From Desulfatiglandales bacterium (GTDB taxonomy: Bacteria > Desulfobacterota > DSM-4660 > Desulfatiglandales > Desulfatiglandaceae): DNA of 64,000 bases. The notes under the pieces are model-generated. The model was not told the DNA's origin, did not search any database, and was given only the letters and a program-made list of their open reading frames with translations. Made by a program: the position numbers and the translations under genes. The stretch spans positions 1,632,001 through 1,696,000 of the forward strand of contig OY759599.1 in NCBI GenBank assembly GCA_963662465.1. Direction: 5' to 3'. Positions 59,265-64,000 of this stretch are shown here, one piece after another. The number at the start of each line of letters is the position of its first letter. Positions within the stretch are counted from its first letter, which is position 1.

Positions 59265-62200
59265 TCACCTGGCGCGAATCGTCCCGGACTGAATCACGGT
59301 CCGGTCCTTCGCCGTAAACGCTCCCTCAATCTCCGTAACCCCGCCCGTATTGCTGGTGAATTCGGCATCATAGCCAAACTCGATAGACAGGGTCCCGGCA
59401 GGGTCCACCACCGTATTTCCGGCTATATTGCCCGCCACCTTGATGAGGGCGTTGTCCTCTGCCTTGCTCACGGCCTCGCCGAGGGTGGCATAACAGGGGG
59501 CCTTTCCATTGCATGTGCCGTCCGCGCTCACATACACGATCTGCTGGTCCTTGTACGTGGCGGTGACCGTCACATTGGCCTCCGGCATGGTTACGGTGGT
59601 GCCGGCACTGTACACGTCCGCCACATGGGGCGTGTCTCCGGTCCATTGATCAAAGAAACGGCCAGCGGCAGGATCATCAGCGGCGATGTTCACGACCTCG
59701 CCCGCTTCATATGCCCCGCTGCCGGTACCGTTGTTTACGTTCAGGGTGTAATTCATGTCGATATTCGCCCGGCCCGGTGTGGGCTTTTCGGCGTCATATC
59801 CGCAGTTGGGATCCCAGTCAAAGGGGAGATCCATATCGAAGCTGTCCTTGTCCCGACCCAGGCTGTTACCCGGATCCGGTTTCGCAAGAGTCTCATCCGG
59901 GGTCCCAAACCGTACATCATCCCGCTGATTTCCCTCGGCATCCAGCAATGTCGCCGAAGCCCCGCTGCCTCCCAGCAAATTGGCGCCCTCGGGCCAGTCA
60001 ATATCCTTGCCGACCGTGTCCTGGTATCCTTGAAGGTGAATGACAAGAAAGCCCTTTGACTCAAGCACACCATCCCAGTCCGGGCCGCTCATGGGCAGCG
60101 TGAATGTCGATTCGCCATCGTTGAAGACGACTTGCCATCCCCCCAAAGATTGATCGAAGGCGCCCGGGTTTGCAATTTCCACCCATTCCCGGGGAACGGC
60201 GTCCTCCGTTGGTGGACAGATTTCGTTAAGCACGGGCCGGCGGTCGGGTTTTTCGGGAGATATGAACGAGTAAACAAGAGGGTACTGGTCGCCACCGGTG
60301 GTGATGTTGCCATTATCGGTATGGGGCGTCAGGGTGTCTCCCAGTCCATCACCGTTCGTATCCTCCCCGATATAGGAATTCCACTCGTTGCCGCCGATTT
60401 TCGGCCCGCCGATGATATTTGTTTCATCCACCGGCGGTTGGAGGTTCCACGTATTCAAGGCCGTGGCAATGGCATTTTTGTCATTTTGAAGGCTGTTGTC
60501 ATAGATGCGGTTGCCTGTTGACGACCCCAGGTCAAGCCCCGATTCTTCGTTCCGCATTATTTTGTTTTGGGTAATGGTCATGTTGGTGCAACCAGAGAGC
60601 CGCATGCCGTCAAGCCGGTTGTCAAGAAATGCATTTTTTTCAATCGTACCCGCGTCAAGAGCCTCGCAGACGAGGCCGCCGAGGAAATTGGAACGGAAGG
60701 TATTCCTTTCAATCGTGCCCGGCGCTGTCGCGCGCTCGCGGTAAAGGCCCATGCCGTCGTTATCCAGAAACGCGTTGTAGGTATAGCGGATATTTGAGGC
60801 GGATTGTTCTACGACGCCATGATTACCACCGTTGTCGAATTGGCTGTAGATAACGACATGGTCTGATCCCTTGTTGATCCGAAGGCCCGTTTCCCCGCTC
60901 TCCTGAAAACGGGTACGGTTCACCTCGACATTCTGAACATCATCCAGTAAAGCGCCCAGGGGGCATCGGATGATATAACATCTGTTCATGCGCCCGGACG
61001 CGACCTCTCCTCGAACCTGTACCCCGATCTCCCCTGCGTCTTCAAGACGAACATGTTCCAGCCCGAAGTTGTCAGTGCCCTGGTTGTCTATCAGGATGGG
61101 GGAATTGGTGTAAACGCCGCCCTCGATCACGTGGCCTTCTCCCTCCGGACGAAGAACGACACCGGCGGTTCCATTGCCGTCCGCGTTGCAGTTAACCAGA
61201 TCGCAATTCTGATGAACTTCATGCCAGTCTTCATAAGCAGAGCCTATATGGAAGCCGGCTTTCTGGTTGTTTGCGGCGTCACAGGTAATAAAACGTAAAT
61301 TGTCCGCCCCTCCACAATGATATCCGTAAATGTTTTCAGAAGATACGTTGCTTTCCAGGGCGATGTTGCTTGCCGACCAGGAGTATAGGCCGCTGCCGTC
61401 GCCGTCCACCGGTGCGGGTCCATCGCATTTCCGCATGGTATTGTTCTCAATTGTGGAATCGTTTACCCGGTCAAGACGGATACCGATGCGAGCCGTGTCG
61501 ATCGCGTTGTCGTCGATTTTCGCTCCGGTCAGACCAGCGCAATCGATAGCAACGCCGGTCAACCCATTAAATTGATTGTTAATGATTTGAGGATCGGCAC
61601 AGTTCCTGACCTGGAGGGCATTTTCACACTCGGAAAATTGATTGTTCCGGATATCTATCTGGCCCGATTTTCCAGCGACGACCACGATATTCCCTTCCCC
61701 CGTGATGCGCTCGAAAATATTGCCTTCGATTTTCAACGGACTCGTGGTGCTCAACTGATTAAAAACGCCCATGCTGCTCCAGTCGTGGACATGATTGTTC
61801 AGCAGATGGACGTGGCGCAGACGGTTGGAACTGCCCAGAACATAGCCCTCTCCATTGCGAAACTCGCACTCCTTTATCTCAAGAAGCGGTGTTTCCGTGG
61901 CGTCTTCATATTCGGTGGTCTTTATATGAAGCTGCGAGGTGCCTTCGAAAACGCAATTGTCAAAGGTCGCCGGGCGGTTGAAGGAATCCAGCCAGGTGCT
62001 GTATTCCCCGCAGTTCTTGAACCGGCTGTTGGTGATTTGAACTGCCTCAATAGAGCTGTCTTCGGTGGGGTCTCCAATACGCAAGCCCGCTTCACAGTCT
62101 TCAAGAACCAGCATGTTAATCTCAAAAAAAGACGAACAGGCATTTATGCTGACGGCGGCCCTACCAATGGCATTTCGAATGGTATTGTTATAAAAGTTAA

Positions 62201-63920
62201 GATTCGGAACGGTGGTGGTGTATATTCCGCTCCCCTCATCCGCCTTCGTCGTGCCGTCAATAGTGTTGTTCGTTATCGTGGCGATGTTGCCGTGCATGAC
62301 CATAAGAGCGCGGCCGTTGTTGGTTAGCGTGTTGTTATTCAGAACGACTTCTTCGGAAGAGACCTTAGCGCCAATCCCCGTGCCCCGGTCGATACTGCAC
62401 CCTTCCAGAGTTGTCCGGCCCTTGGCAACCTCTTCATAGCCCTCTTGCTTCCAATGCCATAACCCGCCATTTCCCCCGATGAATTGACAGTCCCTGACGG
62501 TAACGTCGCCGTCGGCCCAGCTCGTGATAAAGTTTTCCGCGAGAGGGTCGGCTTCCAGTTCCGGGGGAACGGTTTGATCTATAAGAAATTGCTCCGGATC
62601 CGTGCTGTTGATAAACGTGCAGTTCTCAAAATTCAATTCCACATCTCCCGTATCCGTGTACCAGGTATGCAGATACATTCGGTTGAAGTTTGTGTCCTCA
62701 AAGGAATGCGCAGATCCCTTCAGTATGGTCTTGGGATCGCGGCCCCCCGCGTCAAAGCGGCAGTTCAATACAGACGAGAAACTGTCACCGAATTGGTCAA
62801 CAACCCCCTCGATTGTGAGGGAAGAATCGTCTACGATACAGTTCTCAAGATAGATAAGCGTGCCCTGGAAAACAGTGACGCCTCCGGAAAGTGTAAGATG
62901 CGTCGCGCTGAAATTCCCCTCGGCCCGGCTGATAAACCGCATGTCTTTATCGCCGTCGCCACGAAACTCACAGTCCTGAACATCAACAGTACTCCGCACA
63001 GTGTCGCCCAGGGGGGTACGCAGGGTTATTTGGGGGGAATATCCTTCGTCGCTTTCACACTGCTTCATCAGTATGGACGTTTCGGCTTTTGCATCGAAAG
63101 ACTGATTAATGTGAGTTTCAGTTATGGTGATACGTTTCGCGTCCTGGATCTTGGATTCCGAATCGTTGAGGATGCTCTGATTCAATATTACCTGATCGGC
63201 ATTGACGATCTCCAGCGGACAACCTGAGAAAGTCACCTTTTGGGCCTCGAAGTTGTCCCCTGTCCCATCCCATTTTAACGTGAACTCGCCCCCGGTGAAC
63301 GTACAATTACTGACCGTGATAGCTTCTCCATTGGAAAGCAGGGGTGAAGCGGATTCGCTACGGATCATCGTCCCCGTGAACTCCGACAAGGTTCCCATGG
63401 AGAGTTTTGCGCCTCCGGAAAGGTATAGCAGCAGATTATTGACCTTGCATCCCTGGATATCCAGAGCTCCCTCATCATCGATCACCAGACTGCCGCCGTT
63501 GATTTCCGCTCCGTACCAATTGTCACCTCCATTCAGTATTCCTTTGGGTACGCCGGCGGTGAAAGGATCCGTTGCATGCTCAAATATCTCATTTCCGGAT
63601 TCGGTAACAGCATACATCTGAAAAGTATAATCCACCCCGGCTTCAAGATAAGTGAATTCTTCACGGGTTTGACCGTCCGCTTTAAAGGTTTCAATAAGTA
63701 CGTTTCCATGTTCCACGCTGTCCGTGTAAATATTATAATGGGTTATACCCGACTGAACGGAACAGGAAACGGTGAAAATAGCTTTCGATGGGCTTACATA
63801 TGTAACTCCGATGTGTTGCGCAACAGCCGGGGTGGGCATTCCAGCCAGATAAACCAGACTCAAAATGAACACCATTATGAAAACGCGACTTGCCTTCACT
63901 GAGCCGGAAAAATAATTCAT
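59265..63920 (-). CDS. Large exported beta-helix (NosD-like) protein with FN3-like N-domain, lamin-tail domain, InlB-B-like repeat and the shared C-terminal domain
   Basis: Signal peptide ending AVA; LEAGVDYTF; PbH1-like repeats; NIIGGPKIGGNEW..DTNGDGLGD..DQYPL; VLNEI..EWVEI..PTPGRAN; shared CTD. Confidence 0.87.
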   Translation of the reverse strand: MNYFSGSVKASRVFIMVFILSLVYLAGMPTPAVAQHIGVTYVSPSKAIFTVSCSVQSGITHYNIYTDSVEHGNVLIETFKADGQTREEFTYLEAGVDYTFQMYAVTESGNEIFEHATDPFTAGVPKGILNGGDNWYGAEINGGSLVIDDEGALDIQGCKVNNLLLYLSGGAKLSMGTLSEFTGTMIRSESASPLLSNGEAITVSNCTFTGGEFTLKWDGTGDNFEAQKVTFSGCPLEIVNADQVILNQSILNDSESKIQDAKRITITETHINQSFDAKAETSILMKQCESDEGYSPQITLRTPLGDTVRSTVDVQDCEFRGDGDKDMRFISRAEGNFSATHLTLSGGVTVFQGTLIYLENCIVDDSSLTIEGVVDQFGDSFSSVLNCRFDAGGRDPKTILKGSAHSFEDTNFNRMYLHTWYTDTGDVELNFENCTFINSTDPEQFLIDQTVPPELEADPLAENFITSWADGDVTVRDCQFIGGNGGLWHWKQEGYEEVAKGRTTLEGCSIDRGTGIGAKVSSEEVVLNNNTLTNNGRALMVMHGNIATITNNTIDGTTKADEGSGIYTTTVPNLNFYNNTIRNAIGRAAVSINACSSFFEINMLVLEDCEAGLRIGDPTEDSSIEAVQITNSRFKNCGEYSTWLDSFNRPATFDNCVFEGTSQLHIKTTEYEDATETPLLEIKECEFRNGEGYVLGSSNRLRHVHLLNNHVHDWSSMGVFNQLSTTSPLKIEGNIFERITGEGNIVVVAGKSGQIDIRNNQFSECENALQVRNCADPQIINNQFNGLTGVAIDCAGLTGAKIDDNAIDTARIGIRLDRVNDSTIENNTMRKCDGPAPVDGDGSGLYSWSASNIALESNVSSENIYGYHCGGADNLRFITCDAANNQKAGFHIGSAYEDWHEVHQNCDLVNCNADGNGTAGVVLRPEGEGHVIEGGVYTNSPILIDNQGTDNFGLEHVRLEDAGEIGVQVRGEVASGRMNRCYIIRCPLGALLDDVQNVEVNRTRFQESGETGLRINKGSDHVVIYSQFDNGGNHGVVEQSASNIRYTYNAFLDNDGMGLYRERATAPGTIERNTFRSNFLGGLVCEALDAGTIEKNAFLDNRLDGMRLSGCTNMTITQNKIMRNEESGLDLGSSTGNRIYDNSLQNDKNAIATALNTWNLQPPVDETNIIGGPKIGGNEWNSYIGEDTNGDGLGDTLTPHTDNGNITTGGDQYPLVYSFISPEKPDRRPVLNEICPPTEDAVPREWVEIANPGAFDQSLGGWQVVFNDGESTFTLPMSGPDWDGVLESKGFLVIHLQGYQDTVGKDIDWPEGANLLGGSGASATLLDAEGNQRDDVRFGTPDETLAKPDPGNSLGRDKDSFDMDLPFDWDPNCGYDAEKPTPGRANIDMNYTLNVNNGTGSGAYEAGEVVNIAADDPAAGRFFDQWTGDTPHVADVYSAGTTVTMPEANVTVTATYKDQQIVYVSADGTCNGKAPCYATLGEAVSKAEDNALIKVAGNIAGNTVVDPAGTLSIEFGYDAEFTSNTGGVTEIEGAFTAKDRTVIQSGTIRAR

Positions 63921-63951
63921 GCTAAAAACCTCCTTATGAAAGATATCGATT

Positions 63952-64000
63952 CATCGGCGATGAGGGTGCGGATACGGTGCATGTTGGATAAGGCCTTCCA
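63952..64000 (-). repeat. Third copy of the leader plus first codons of the receiver gene (continues off the window edge)
   Basis: catcggcgatgagggtgcggatacggtgcatgttggataaggccttcca is identical to 47408-47456. Confidence 0.9.

Overview
The window looks like chromosomal DNA from an anaerobic deltaproteobacterium (Desulfobacterota-like; inferred from gene content and repeat style, not established). Bases 1-41.7 kb hold mostly metabolic and regulatory genes: a eukaryote-type PFK-2/FBPase-2 close to a class 1 FBPase, thiE-thiL-thiM, OYE, EamA, hybrid kinases, a PEP-utilising enzyme, ybgA, blc, a PilB/GspE ATPase, an aminotransferase, a sigma54 activator and ftsH. Small accessory inserts are scattered among them (an RNA ligase, hipBA, a frameshifted mazF, MITE/REP-like palindromes, heptamer repeats). 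Bases 41.9-64 kb form a minus-strand island of Sec-exported proteins, and this is the best candidate for an undescribed system. Four otherwise different exported proteins end in the same ~90-aa Cys-pair C-terminal domain. Both Rhs genes lack that domain and lack an immunity gene, and each is followed by a small signal-peptide YD-hairpin protein that carries the domain. This suggests a split Rhs plus adaptor module with its own sorting signal. The island also has a promoter/receiver cassette in three copies, a LuxR solo with a lux-box-like site, an ISAzo13 element and RAYT remnants. All calls were made by eye; no database searches were run.
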